DNA from: Alphaproteobacteria bacterium
Lineage (GTDB): Bacteria; Pseudomonadota; Alphaproteobacteria; UBA2136; UBA6156
Length of the DNA: 64,000 nt
Assembly: GCA_027485835.1 (NCBI GenBank)
Contig: JAIXQG010000001.1
Span: forward strand, 69,902 to 133,901
Reading direction: 5' to 3'
Every line of letters begins with the position of its first letter. Position 1 is the stretch's first letter. The notes under the pieces were generated by a model. That model was not told where the DNA came from, did not search any database, and saw nothing but the letters and a program-made list of their open reading frames with translations. Shown here piece by piece: positions 8,902-18,849 of this stretch. The position numbers and the translations under genes were made by a program.

Positions 8902-9996
8902 TTAGAATGAATGAAAGAGCGCTAGGACTTGTTGGGCTCGGTCGGTCACTTCGTGGCCGTCGTGTAGCATGCGGGCGTGGCCGGCATCGGCTATGTCCTT
9001 CAGCTTTTTGGGGTTGGCGAGAAGCGTTTGCAGTTGGGTTAAGAGCTCTTCCTTACTGGTAAAGTAAATGGCTTCTTCGTTTGGCTTATACAGGTTGGTG
9101 GCGAGGTCTTCGGTGTACTCGGATGCCATTAACGTGCCCGTTGCGGGGATCTCGAAACAGCGGCGGGTGTAGCTGTCGTTGTTCAGTTTAGAGAGGAACA
9201 CGAGGGCGATTTTAGCGCTGTTGAGGGCAAGGTTGTAGTCGGCTTTGTAGAGCGGTTGGATGCTGCCGCCCATGTGGGATTTGAGGGCTTCGTAGTGGGG
9301 CGATTTTTCCCATAGCGTGCCGTAGAGCTTGACGTTGATGCCGTTGGTGATGAGGAGCATCAGGGTGTCGTCGCGGCCGTCGGCTTCGTAATGGCCGATG
9401 AAGATGACATCGCACACAAACCGATTATTGCTGGGTTTGGGCGTGATGCGCGTGTTGGAGCCCTTGATGAAATAGGAGCGCAGTAGCGACGTATGTGGGT
9501 AGCCCATGGCGGCGTAGTCGGCGATATTTTTAGTGCGGTAGGCGAAGATGTGGTCGTAGTGCGGAATACCGTGGCGGAAATGGCGCCAGAAATAGGCGGG
9601 GTAGTTGGGCGAGAAGGGGTCGTCGTTGTTATACCCGAACACCTTGGCGCCGGTGGCTTTTTTGAGGCGTTTGAGGGTGCAGGGCCAGATGTGTGTACCG
9701 CGATAGACGAAGATGAGATCGGGCTTAAACGCTTTGGCTTGAGCGACGATGTCGTCGTTCATTTTGAGCAGCGTGGGGCCAAAGGTGAACTTGCTTTGGG
9801 CGCGGTAGTAGAGCGATGACAAGCGGTTTAAGGGGCCTTGGCACGGCTGGAAATGGGTTTTCCATTGGATGTGCTTGACGGTGTGGCCGAGGGTTTGAAA
9901 GGCGTGCTCAAACGCGCCGGCGTAGATCTCGCTGCCGATACCTTCCGACAGCAGCAGAATGCGCTGAGGCGCGGAAACGTTGGGTTTAGGCGGCAT
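8902..9996 (-). CDS. CgeB-family / DUF3880-type glycosyltransferase-like protein
   Basis: 364 aa; it overlaps the upstream amidotransferase by 11 nt, placing it in a polysaccharide-biosynthesis operon; the C-terminal region is GT1-like. Confidence 0.5.
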   Translation of the reverse strand: MPPKPNVSAPQRILLLSEGIGSEIYAGAFEHAFQTLGHTVKHIQWKTHFQPCQGPLNRLSSLYYRAQSKFTFGPTLLKMNDDIVAQAKAFKPDLIFVYRGTHIWPCTLKRLKKATGAKVFGYNNDDPFSPNYPAYFWRHFRHGIPHYDHIFAYRTKNIADYAAMGYPHTSLLRSYFIKGSNTRITPKPSNNRFVCDVIFIGHYEADGRDDTLMLLITNGINVKLYGTLWEKSPHYEALKSHMGGSIQPLYKADYNLALNSAKIALVFLSKLNNDSYTRRCFEIPATGTLMASEYTEDLATNLYKPNEEAIYFTSKEELLTQLQTLLANPKKLKDIADAGHARMLHDGHEVTDRAQQVLALFHSF

Positions 9997-11806
9997 GGGG
10001 GAAGGTTGAGGCGTTCGGGCTTATTGGTTTTACCGGAGACAGCAATTCCGGATAGAGCTGGCTGAGGATGACCTCGGGTATCGTGCGGCCATGCAGGGCG
10101 AGTTTGTCGGAGCCTTCGGCTTTACCGACCGAGAAGCCTTGCTTTTTGCGGTAGAGGCAGGCGCGCGGAAGTTTATCGGCATAGAGCGATTTCAGCAGGC
10201 CCTTCAGTTCGCCGTCGGTGAACAACAAATCTTCGGTAAGGCTCCAGGCGATTTCGCACATCCGTTTGGAAAGGAGCGGGACGCGGGTTTCTATTGCGAC
10301 TGCCATGCTGGCTCGGTCTACCTTAGTGAGGAAGGTGTCGGGCAGTATGGTGTGGAAGTCGAGATACATGCTGCGCGAGCTCAGGGAGAGCTCGGGTTTG
10401 TAGAACTGCCGGTGGTACCAGAGGTCGTCGTAGTTTTCGGGGATGCCGTGCGTTTTGCGGAAGGCTTGTTTGAAGGCGTCGGTGGACAGCAAACCGCCGC
10501 GTAGGCGGATTTGGCGCTCGAGCGGATTCAGCAGTGTGAAAATTTCGGCCTTGCGGGCCAGTTTGTTCAGTTTGCTGCCTGGTGCGGTATGGTTTTTAAG
10601 CCAGCTGACCGGTGTGCGCAGCGGGAAGAGGAAGCCCTGCCAGTGGGTGAGTTGCATGAGTTTGCTACGGTAGTGATTGTAGCCGCCGAAGAGTTCGTCG
10701 CCGCCGTCTCCGGTGAGGACTACGGTCATGTTTTCGCTAGCCAGTTGGCAGACCTGATAGGTGGGGAAGGCGGAGCTGTCGCCGAACGGCTCTTGGTAGA
10801 GGTCGCGCAGCATGTGGAATTTTTCGTTGACCAGATTCTGGCTGACGAGGCGGGTGATGTGGTTGGTGCCGAGTTGCTTGGCCACCATGTTGGCGAAGTG
10901 GGTTTCGTCGACCGAAGGGTCGGCAAAGCTAATGGAGCAGGTGGTGATTTGCGGCACGAGTTGTGCGGCCTCGTAGCTGACAATGCTGCTATCCACCCCG
11001 CCGCTGAGGAAGGTGCCGACGGTGACATCGGCCACCAGTTGCTCCTTTACCGACGTGCTGATGGCGGATTGGAGTTTTTCGCGGGCCTCGGCATCGCTGC
11101 TGATGGTGCGCGAGGTGGGGAGGTGCCAGTAGCGGCGTTTGCTGAGGCTGCCGGTGGCGAGGTCGAAGGTGAGGACGTGCGCGGGCTCTAGCTTATGAAT
11201 GTTTTTGTAAAGGCTTTTGGGGGCGGGGACGCAGAGGTAGGTGAGGAAGTCGTAGACGGCGGTCATGTCGTACTCCAGCCCCTGTGGTGCGTGAAGGGTG
11301 GCGAGGGCCTGAAGCTCGGACGCCCAGCCTAAGGTGGTTTTGCCCGCGCTGTTGGCGTAGGTGCTGTAGTAGAGGGGTTTGATACCGGCGTGGTCGCGGG
11401 CCAGATAGATTTTGCCGGTGTTGCTATCATAAATGGCCAGGCCGAACATGCCGTCGATGCGTTCCAGCAGGGAATCTATTCCCCAATGAATATAGCCGTG
11501 AAGGAGGACTTCGCAGTCGCTACCGCTACGGAAAACAGCGCCGTGGTTGGACTTCAGTTCTTCCCGCAGGGTTTGGAAATTGTAGATTTCGCCATTGGCG
11601 ATGAGGTAGACGCCTTGCGATTCCATCGGTTGGGTACCGTTGGAGGAGAGGTCTATAATACTGAGGCGGCGGTGGCCGAAGTAGACGTTGTTTTTGTGCG
11701 TGTAGCTCCAGCCGTTGGGGCCCCGGTGGGCAAGGGTATGGAGCGCGGCGTGCGCGTGTTCCAGTTGGCTGGAGATGACTTCACTATGACCGAAAATACC
11801 GCACAT
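9986..11806 (-). CDS. asparagine synthase (glutamine-hydrolysing)-like amidotransferase, WbpS/AsnB-type
   Basis: MCGIFG N-terminal nucleophile, and the PP-loop SGGVDSS. Confidence 0.88.
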   Translation of the reverse strand: MCGIFGHSEVISSQLEHAHAALHTLAHRGPNGWSYTHKNNVYFGHRRLSIIDLSSNGTQPMESQGVYLIANGEIYNFQTLREELKSNHGAVFRSGSDCEVLLHGYIHWGIDSLLERIDGMFGLAIYDSNTGKIYLARDHAGIKPLYYSTYANSAGKTTLGWASELQALATLHAPQGLEYDMTAVYDFLTYLCVPAPKSLYKNIHKLEPAHVLTFDLATGSLSKRRYWHLPTSRTISSDAEAREKLQSAISTSVKEQLVADVTVGTFLSGGVDSSIVSYEAAQLVPQITTCSISFADPSVDETHFANMVAKQLGTNHITRLVSQNLVNEKFHMLRDLYQEPFGDSSAFPTYQVCQLASENMTVVLTGDGGDELFGGYNHYRSKLMQLTHWQGFLFPLRTPVSWLKNHTAPGSKLNKLARKAEIFTLLNPLERQIRLRGGLLSTDAFKQAFRKTHGIPENYDDLWYHRQFYKPELSLSSRSMYLDFHTILPDTFLTKVDRASMAVAIETRVPLLSKRMCEIAWSLTEDLLFTDGELKGLLKSLYADKLPRACLYRKKQGFSVGKAEGSDKLALHGRTIPEVILSQLYPELLSPVKPISPNASTFPHAA

Positions 11807-12026
11807 GGGATGGCTTCCCTTTAATTGTTTCTGATGAATTTATTATATATTACATCATGATAGTGTTGGTTTTGATATTATACGTTATGGCTTGCTATCA
11901 CAAGTGTGTAATGGAATTCGATGCTGAGTTTTGAGTCGTTTACTCGAATTGAGAAGGGCTGTGCGCTTGCCGCTGATGGGGAGATACACTATAAAACCTT
12001 TGAAGTTTAGTAGGAAGAGGTTTGAG

Positions 12027-13025
12027 ATGTTTGCTCATAAACGTGTTTTAGTGACTGGTGGTGCCGGTTTTATTGGGTCTCACCTGTGTGAGCGTTTGCT
12101 GGAGCAGGGGCATGAGGTTATTTGTTTGGATAACTTCTTTACCGGCCAGAAACAAAATGTGGCGCATTTGCGCGATAACCCGCGATTTGAAGTGATTCGT
12201 CATGACGTGACCGAGCCGATTAATTTGGAAGTGGACGAAATTTACAATCTGGCGTGCCCGGCGTCTCCCGTGCATTACCAGTTTGACCCTGTGCACACCG
12301 TGCGCACCAACGTGATGGGGATGTTGAATACCTTGGATTTGGCGCGGCGTACCGGTGCGAAAATTCTTCAGGCTTCGACCTCGGAAGTATATGGCGACCC
12401 CGATGTGCACCCCCAGCCGGAAACTTACTGGGGGCATGTGAACCCGAACGGCCCGCGCGCGTGTTATGACGAAGGTAAGCGCTGTGCTGAGACGCTTTGC
12501 TTTGATTATCATCGGCAGTTTGGTGTGAAGATTAAGATTGCGCGCATTTTTAACACCTATGGCCCGCGTATGTTACCGAATGATGGCCGTGTGGTGAGTA
12601 ACTTTATTGTGCAGGCGCTTTCTGGCAAAGACCTCACCCTTTACGGTAGTGGCCAGCAAACCCGCAGCTTTTGCTATGTGAGCGATTTGGTGGATGGGTT
12701 GATCCGTTTAATGAACTCGGACGACAGTGTGACCGGGCCCATTAACCTAGGGAACCCGAACGAGTTTACCATGCTGCAACTGGCGGAAAAGGTGTTGGAA
12801 CAGGTGGGGAATGGTAACAAAACCAGCTTTTTACCGTTGCCGCAGGATGACCCGCGTCAGCGCCAGCCGAATATTCAGCTAGCCAAAGATGTGTTGGGTT
12901 GGGTGCCGACCATTCAGCTAGATACTGGTTTGGTAAAGACCATCGATTACTTTCGCACGGTATTGCAAAATGCAGGGCAGGCGTATGCCGAACAGCTTGA
13001 TTTACGTGCCCGCAAGAGTGCGTAA
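12027..13025 (+). CDS. UDP-glucuronate decarboxylase (UDP-xylose synthase), SDR family
   Basis: [14 protein letters not shown] and STSEVYG...YDEGKR; the start is trimmed to [12 protein letters not shown]. Confidence 0.88.
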   Translation: MFAHKRVLVTGGAGFIGSHLCERLLEQGHEVICLDNFFTGQKQNVAHLRDNPRFEVIRHDVTEPINLEVDEIYNLACPASPVHYQFDPVHTVRTNVMGMLNTLDLARRTGAKILQASTSEVYGDPDVHPQPETYWGHVNPNGPRACYDEGKRCAETLCFDYHRQFGVKIKIARIFNTYGPRMLPNDGRVVSNFIVQALSGKDLTLYGSGQQTRSFCYVSDLVDGLIRLMNSDDSVTGPINLGNPNEFTMLQLAEKVLEQVGNGNKTSFLPLPQDDPRQRQPNIQLAKDVLGWVPTIQLDTGLVKTIDYFRTVLQNAGQAYAEQLDLRARKSA

Positions 13026-13027
13026 TC

Positions 13028-14116
13028 ATGGGCGCTGCGGTAGCTGGTAGTCCGGTTATGGGGCCGGTTGTCTTCATTTCCAATACGCCTTCTCCCTATC
13101 AGATTGACCTGTTTACGGCGATTGCGGCCTTGCGGCCTGTGGCGGCGTATTTTCATGCCGATGGCAGCGCGGCGCAGAATGTGAGCTGGAAGTTGAAGTA
13201 CCCCGAGTGGTTAGGCTTTTTACCGCAAGGCAAGGGTTTGGCGAAAGCCGCGTTTGTGGCGGAACGTCATGGAAACCTATTGCCGAGCTTGATGATTTTG
13301 GGCGGATACCGTGGTGCGGGGCATGTGCCGTTGCTGTTATGGGCGCGGCTGAAAGGTGTACCCGCTTGGGTGTGGATGGAGGCACCCGAGCCGAACCCGC
13401 AGGATGCAGGTTTGAAGGGGCTGGTGAAGCGGGTGGTGCGCGATGTGATGTCTCGCTTGGTGTTGTCGTTAGCGACGGGGGTGTTGGCGATGGATGGCCG
13501 TGCTGAGCAGGCCTATCGGCGTTACCATTGGCGGGTGGAGCGTCAGCCCTATGCGATTGATGCGGCGCCGTTTATGCTTAAAAAGAAGAGCGTCACGAAG
13601 CCGCTGAAGTGTTTGTTTATCGGCCAGATGATTGACCGCAAGGGGGTGGATGAGTTGAAAGGCGCGTTTGTGCGGATTAGCCCCAAAGATGCCCTGCTCA
13701 GCCTTGCTGGTGGAGGGCCGCGTAAAGCGGAGATGGAGGCATTTTGTGCCGAGACCGGTCATAATTATTTAGGGTTTGTTCAGCCCACCGATTTGCCGAG
13801 AGTTTTGAGCGAACAGGACGTATTTGTGTTTCCTTCCCGTTACGATGGTTGGGCGGTGGTCGTGCCGCAGGCTATGGCGGCAGGTTTGCCGGTGATATCT
13901 AACCCCGCGGTAGGTGCGTTTGCGGATTTGGTCGAGACCACAGGTGCCGGAATGGCCTGTGAGCAAACCGCAGAGGCACTGTATGATGCGGTGATGGCGT
14001 ATGTGAATGAGCCGGCGCGTGTGGGGCAGGAGGGCGCGCGGGCGCGGGAGGTGTTCATGGCATCTCGTGCCAATGCGGCGGTTGCCGCGCAGGCGATTAT
14101 GGCTCTTGCAAAGTAA
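13028..14116 (+). CDS. GT4-family glycosyltransferase
   Basis: C-terminal GT-B motif region 'FVFPSRYDGWAVVVPQAMAAGLPVIS'; the ATG sits 2 nt after the UXS stop. Confidence 0.75.
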   Translation: MGAAVAGSPVMGPVVFISNTPSPYQIDLFTAIAALRPVAAYFHADGSAAQNVSWKLKYPEWLGFLPQGKGLAKAAFVAERHGNLLPSLMILGGYRGAGHVPLLLWARLKGVPAWVWMEAPEPNPQDAGLKGLVKRVVRDVMSRLVLSLATGVLAMDGRAEQAYRRYHWRVERQPYAIDAAPFMLKKKSVTKPLKCLFIGQMIDRKGVDELKGAFVRISPKDALLSLAGGGPRKAEMEAFCAETGHNYLGFVQPTDLPRVLSEQDVFVFPSRYDGWAVVVPQAMAAGLPVISNPAVGAFADLVETTGAGMACEQTAEALYDAVMAYVNEPARVGQEGARAREVFMASRANAAVAAQAIMALAK

Positions 14117-14202
14117 TATTACGAAATATTCGAAATATTATTGACGAGAGGCTGTGAGAGGCGTAGCTGTTGGGGTGTTCAATTAACAAGGAGAGACCCT
14201 CT

Positions 14203-14709
14203 ATGACCCTCGGAATGTATTCTGCCAGCGTGCCGGTATTTGTGCGTGGCTTGGAAAATCTGGCTGATATTCTGGCCAAAGGCCAAAGCCATGCGGCTGA
14301 AAAGGGCCTGAATGAACAGGAACTGGTGCAGGCCAGCCTGATTGAAGACATGTTCCCGCTGACTCGGCAGGTACAGATGGCCTGCGACAGCGCCAAGTTT
14401 GCCGCCGCCCGTTTGGCCGGTGTGGACGCCCCGAGCATGGAGGATACCGAAGCCAGTTTTGAAGCACTGCAGGCCCGCATTGCCAAAACCCTCAGCTTTT
14501 TGAAGAGCGTGGACGGTGCGAAGGTGGATGGGAGTGAGGCCAAGCCTATCAGCTTCTCTAACAAGGGTGGTGATTTCAGCTTTAACGGGCGCGATTACCT
14601 GTTCCAGTTTGCGTACCCCAACTTCTTCTTCCATGTGACCACCGCGTACGACATTTTGCGGGCCAAAGGTGTGCAGGTTGGCAAGAAGGACTATTTGGGC
14701 GCGTTTTAA
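14203..14709 (+). CDS. DUF1993 family protein
   Basis: 168 aa with an AAGGAGAGA RBS; 'YPNFFFHVTTAYDILRAKG' is the family signature. Confidence 0.7.
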   Translation: MTLGMYSASVPVFVRGLENLADILAKGQSHAAEKGLNEQELVQASLIEDMFPLTRQVQMACDSAKFAAARLAGVDAPSMEDTEASFEALQARIAKTLSFLKSVDGAKVDGSEAKPISFSNKGGDFSFNGRDYLFQFAYPNFFFHVTTAYDILRAKGVQVGKKDYLGAF

Positions 14710-14726
14710 GGCCTTAAAAAGCCGAA

Positions 14727-14753
14727 AGGGCAAGGAGGATTCCTTGCCCTTTG
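14727..14753. terminator. bidirectional terminator hairpin
   Basis: aagggcaagga-ggat-tccttgccctt. Confidence 0.6.
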
Positions 14754-14772
14754 GCGTTTCGTGAGTGGTGTA

Positions 14773-15300
14773 TTAGCCGGTGCCGCTGCCGAAGGAACGG
14801 TCGTCGAAGGGTTCGACCTTGACGTCCGTAGACTTGAAGATCTCCTCTGCGTTGAAAGAGTGGCAGGGTAGAATAGCTCCGTCTCCTTCATCTCCAACTG
14901 TGCTCTTCTGTAGGAAGAGGTCGTCAAGAATCCAGTTATCTACCTCCTTTTCCTCTTCGACGAACGTTTCGAGCTTTTCTTTTGAAAGCTCGGTGGCTTC
15001 ATCGAGCGTCATGCCGTTGACGTACTCGCCGGGCTGGCTGAGGAACAGCCGCTCGAACTCGTCGGCGAGGACGTACACCATCAACGCCGTGACGATCGTG
15101 CCGTCTGATGTGTTGCGATAGAATTCCCCGTTTGCATAAATCGGAATAAATTCACCTTTTTCTGTCAGGACGGGGCGGCGGTTATAGGTTTGTTCGACGG
15201 GCGGATAGCTCGTACGGTCGGGGCTTATTTTGGGCTCACGCTTCCGGAAGAAGAAGAACGCAGCTGCAATAACAAGAGATATTATAATGAAGAGCAACAT
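14773..15300 (-). CDS. membrane-anchored acidic hypothetical protein
   Basis: N-terminal TM (LLFIIISLVIAAAFFFF) followed by a D/E-rich soluble region; local GC is lower than the surroundings. Confidence 0.5.
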   Translation of the reverse strand: MLLFIIISLVIAAAFFFFRKREPKISPDRTSYPPVEQTYNRRPVLTEKGEFIPIYANGEFYRNTSDGTIVTALMVYVLADEFERLFLSQPGEYVNGMTLDEATELSKEKLETFVEEEKEVDNWILDDLFLQKSTVGDEGDGAILPCHSFNAEEIFKSTDVKVEPFDDRSFGSGTG

Positions 15301-15365
15301 GATGACGCTTTCTGCGGGCTTATGCCCGCTTTCGAGTTTCGTGAAGCTGATATGAGCCTAAGTTG

Positions 15366-15398
15366 CCGTTATTTCAAGGGGCTTAAGTGAAATAACGG
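15366..15398. other. perfect 11-bp-stem hairpin (ccgttatttca / tgaaataacgg) at the 3' end of the phosphatase gene
   Basis: Seen directly in the sequence; it is followed by a T-rich run on the + strand only. Confidence 0.5.
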
Positions 15399-15399
15399 T

Positions 15400-15966
15400 T
15401 TATTTGGTTTGCGGGTGGGCGGTGACGTATTCGGCGAAGGCCGCGTCCATGGCCCCCGTGCGGCTGGTGAGCCATGGGAAGTGGCCGTAGCGGATGGAGA
15501 GCTGTTTGGCGGCTTCTTCGGCCGATTGGCCCTGAATGGCGTAGCTGTAGAGGGCGAGGGCGAGGCCGGTGCGGTCGGACCCCGATTTGCAATGGATGAG
15601 GAGGGGTTTGGGGGCGGCGCGCATCATTTCTACCAGTACTTCCATGTCTTCTAGCGTCGGTTTATGGTTGGCGGAGAGGCCAAAGGTGTAGAAGTTGACT
15701 TCGTGATTTTTGGCGGCGGCGGATTCGCGTTCGAACCATTCCGCGCCCTCGCTGGTGCCACGCAGGTTGATGACGCTGTTGAAGGGGTGTTTATGGCGGA
15801 CTTCCTTCCACTCGTGAGCCGATAAGGTACCAGAGCGATAGACCTCATTCGGGGCGTGGATGGCGAAGTTGCCGTCTTCGATGAAGTGATCGTAGCCCAC
15901 GGCCAGCAAGGCGATGAGGGGGACCAGAATGGCCGCGAGGATGAGGTGTTTTTTACGGAGTTGCAT
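15400..15966 (-). CDS. tyrosine/dual-specificity protein phosphatase family protein
   Basis: CX5R P-loop 'HCKSGSDRTG'; N-terminal TM; the start is trimmed to MQLRKKHL. Confidence 0.8.
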   Translation of the reverse strand: MQLRKKHLILAAILVPLIALLAVGYDHFIEDGNFAIHAPNEVYRSGTLSAHEWKEVRHKHPFNSVINLRGTSEGAEWFERESAAAKNHEVNFYTFGLSANHKPTLEDMEVLVEMMRAAPKPLLIHCKSGSDRTGLALALYSYAIQGQSAEEAAKQLSIRYGHFPWLTSRTGAMDAAFAEYVTAHPQTK

Positions 15967-15984
15967 GGGGTGCCCGATATTGTT

Positions 15985-16060
15985 TGGTGGGCGAGGGGGG
16001 GTTCGAACCCACGACCAAGGCATTATGAGTGCCCTGCTCTAACCGCTGAGCTACTCGCCC
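15985..16060 (-). tRNA. tRNA with a CAT anticodon: elongator tRNA-Met, or tRNA-Ile2 (lysidine)
   Basis: GGGCGAGTAGCTCAGCGGTTAGAGC...ctCATaa...GGTTCGAACCCCCCTCGCCCACCA. Confidence 0.85.
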
Positions 16061-16139
16061 GACCGGATGGGTTTTTAGCAGCAAATTGGCGAGGTGTCTC
16101 TACCTCTGTGTGACATTTTGGCGAGGAGGGAGGCAGGCT

Positions 16140-16316
16140 TAAAGCTATTGCCCTAAATCTTTACACAGTCTGTAAACCTGCGGGCGGGCTAAAAAGGCAT
16201 CTGGATTACGTCAAAAAAGTAGGAAAATAGGGCCGCTATTATCCTACTTGTTCGCCCTAACCAGCTCCCTTTTTATCTCCGCCATACTGTATAAAGATTT
16301 AGGGGAATAGCTTTAG
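16140..16316. repeat. ~177-bp element bounded by ~30-bp near-perfect terminal inverted repeats; MITE-like, or a large regulatory palindrome
   Basis: 16144-16168 gctattgccctaaatctttacacag against the reverse complement of 16287-16311 gctattcccctaaatctttatacag (2 mismatches); the flanks extend the pairing (taaagc...); it sits between the tRNA and cydA. Confidence 0.6.
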
Positions 16317-16410
16317 GGTGAAAGGGCGTTTTACACGTTTTTGGTGCCGATTCGGCTTGCCTGATGAAAGGGAAGGATTATGATGCGGGCATAAGTTAAG
16401 GAGTTCCCCC

Positions 16411-17823
16411 GTGGAGATTGACACCTTCGTGTTATCGCGGATCCAGTTTGCCGCCAATATTTCGTTCCATATCCTGTTCCCCACCATTACCATTGCGATG
16501 GGGTGGTTGTTATTGTTCTTCAAGCTGCGCTTCCGTGCGACGGGGCAGCAGGCGTGGATGGATGCGTATTTCTTCTGGACCAAAGTGTTCGCGCTGAGCT
16601 TTGCGATGGGGGTTGTGAGTGGGATTACCATGAGCTTCCAGTTTGGCACCAACTGGCCCGGGTTTATGGAGCGTGTGGGGAATATTGCCGGGCCGTTACT
16701 AGCGTATGAAGTGCTGACGGCGTTCTTTTTAGAAGCCACGTTTTTGGGGATCATGCTGTTTGGCTACCGCAAAGTGCCGGACTGGATGCATACTCTGGCG
16801 ACTTTATTAGTGGCGTTGGGAACAACGGCTTCGGCATTCTGGATTTTGGTACTGAACAGCTGGATGCATACTCCGGTGGGGTTTGAAATGCTGCCGACCG
16901 GCCCAAATGGCATGTTGCAGGCCCATGCCACCGATTGGATGCAGATATTGTTCAATCCCTCCATGCCCTACCGCCTTAGCCACATGTTGGTGGCAAGCGG
17001 GCTGACGGCGGCGTTTTTGGTGGCCGGGATTTCCGCCTTCCGGTGGTTGCGGCGCGATCGGTCTCCGGCGGTAAAGGTGGCGCTTGGTACAAGCCTGACG
17101 CTGGCCGCCGTGTTGATACCCTTGCAGATTTTGTTAGGCGATTTGCATGGCTTAAACACGCTTGAGCACCAGCCGCAGAAAGTGGCTGCGATGGAAGGTT
17201 TGTGGGAGACGCGGAGTGAGGCGCCGCTGGTGGTGTTCGGTATGCCGAATGAAACCACGCGTACCAATGATTTTGCTGTGGAAATACCTGCCCTTGCCAG
17301 CTTGATATTGAAGCATGACACCGCCGGTGTGGTGCAGGGGTTGAATGACTTTGTGGGTAACCACCCACCTGTGGCGCCAGTATTTTGGGGCTTTAGGGTG
17401 ATGGTGGGTACCGGAATGCTGATGCTGGTGGTGAGCTGGTTTGCCTGCTGGCAGTGGTGGCGGCACAAAACATTGCCGAAATGGCTGGCGTATGTGCTGG
17501 TGGGGATGACATTCTCCGGCTGGATAGCGACGCTGGCAGGGTGGTATGTGACGGAAATCGGGCGTCAGCCATGGTTGGTGTACGGTGTGTTAAGCACGGC
17601 GGATGCGGTGGCCAAAGTGCTGCCCAGCCATGTGGGGATGACCTTGGTGGCTTACCTGAGTGTGTATGCGGTGTTGCTGACGGCGTATATCTCGACATTA
17701 TTTTACATGGCGCGCAAGGCCCACAGCGGCGGCAAGGCCGACCCTGAAAACCCGACCGCACTCGGGATTGAGCGGCAGTCGGTATTTATGGATGTAGAGA
17801 AGGTGTTGCACCATGATAAGTAG
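16411..17823 (+). CDS. cydA: cytochrome bd-type (CIO-like, short Q-loop) ubiquinol oxidase subunit I
   Basis: MEIDTFVLSRIQFAANISFHILFPTITIAMGW...; GTG start with an AAGGAG RBS. Confidence 0.93.
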   Translation: MEIDTFVLSRIQFAANISFHILFPTITIAMGWLLLFFKLRFRATGQQAWMDAYFFWTKVFALSFAMGVVSGITMSFQFGTNWPGFMERVGNIAGPLLAYEVLTAFFLEATFLGIMLFGYRKVPDWMHTLATLLVALGTTASAFWILVLNSWMHTPVGFEMLPTGPNGMLQAHATDWMQILFNPSMPYRLSHMLVASGLTAAFLVAGISAFRWLRRDRSPAVKVALGTSLTLAAVLIPLQILLGDLHGLNTLEHQPQKVAAMEGLWETRSEAPLVVFGMPNETTRTNDFAVEIPALASLILKHDTAGVVQGLNDFVGNHPPVAPVFWGFRVMVGTGMLMLVVSWFACWQWWRHKTLPKWLAYVLVGMTFSGWIATLAGWYVTEIGRQPWLVYGVLSTADAVAKVLPSHVGMTLVAYLSVYAVLLTAYISTLFYMARKAHSGGKADPENPTALGIERQSVFMDVEKVLHHDK

Positions 17824-18829
17824 TATGATTGCCGATGGCAGCTGGCTACCGCTTGCCTTTGCCTTTTTGATGGGGCTTTCCATGCTGATTTACGGCGTGT
17901 TGGACGGCTATGATTTGGGAGTGGGGATACTTTCCCGCACGGCCAAGCCCGCTGAGAAAGACCGTATGATTGCGAGTATCGGCCCGTTTTGGGATGCGAA
18001 TGAGACATGGTTGGTGCTTGGTGTGGGGCTGCTGCTGGTGGCGTTCCCGCTGGCGCATGGCATGATTTTGACGGAGTTGTATCTGCCGGTTGCGGTGATG
18101 CTGATTGGATTGATTTTCCGTGGGGTGGCGTTTGACTTTCGGGCGAAGGTTCCTGCCACGCGTAAAGAGCGTTGGAATACCGCGTTTTTTGCGGGGTCTT
18201 TACTGACCGCATTGGCGCAGGGTTACATGCTGGGTAGCTATATTATGGGCTTTGACCATTCGTTGATGGCGGAGGCGTTTGCGTTGCTGTGCGCGGTGGG
18301 GGTGGCAGTCGGTTATACGTTAATCGGTGCCTGCTGGCTGATTATGAAAACCGATGGCGAGTTACAGCGTAAGGCCGTGCGTTGGGCCAAGCTCGCTTTG
18401 CTGGGGGGATGTGCGACGATTGTGCTGGTTTCGGTAACTACTCCCTTAGTGAGTGCGCGGATTTTTGAGAAGTGGTTTACGATGCCGGCGTTGTTGTGGC
18501 TTTCACCGATTCCATTGTTAACCGGTGCTTTGGTGCTGGTGTTGTGGCGCACGCTGGGCCGCCTGCCGTTGCCACAAGACCGTTTGTGCTGGCTGCCGTT
18601 TGCGCTGACCGTGAGCATTATGGTGCTGTGCTTTGTAGGCTTGGCGTATAGCTTCTTCCCCTACATTGTGCCGGAGAAATTGCTGATTACCCAGGCTGCG
18701 AGTGCGCCGGAATCTCTGCTGATTATTCTGGTGGGCGCATTGGTGGTGCTGCCGGTATTGATCGGTTACACAATTCTGGCGTACCGGATTTTCCATGGCA
18801 AAGCGGCGCACGATTTGCATTATCACTAA
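17813..18829 (+). CDS. cydB: cytochrome bd ubiquinol oxidase subunit II
   Basis: YGVLDGYDLGVGIL motif; it overlaps the cydA stop. Confidence 0.9.
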   Translation: MISSMIADGSWLPLAFAFLMGLSMLIYGVLDGYDLGVGILSRTAKPAEKDRMIASIGPFWDANETWLVLGVGLLLVAFPLAHGMILTELYLPVAVMLIGLIFRGVAFDFRAKVPATRKERWNTAFFAGSLLTALAQGYMLGSYIMGFDHSLMAEAFALLCAVGVAVGYTLIGACWLIMKTDGELQRKAVRWAKLALLGGCATIVLVSVTTPLVSARIFEKWFTMPALLWLSPIPLLTGALVLVLWRTLGRLPLPQDRLCWLPFALTVSIMVLCFVGLAYSFFPYIVPEKLLITQAASAPESLLIILVGALVVLPVLIGYTILAYRIFHGKAAHDLHYH

Positions 18830-18849
18830 GGCGGTTTGCTTAATTTTCT

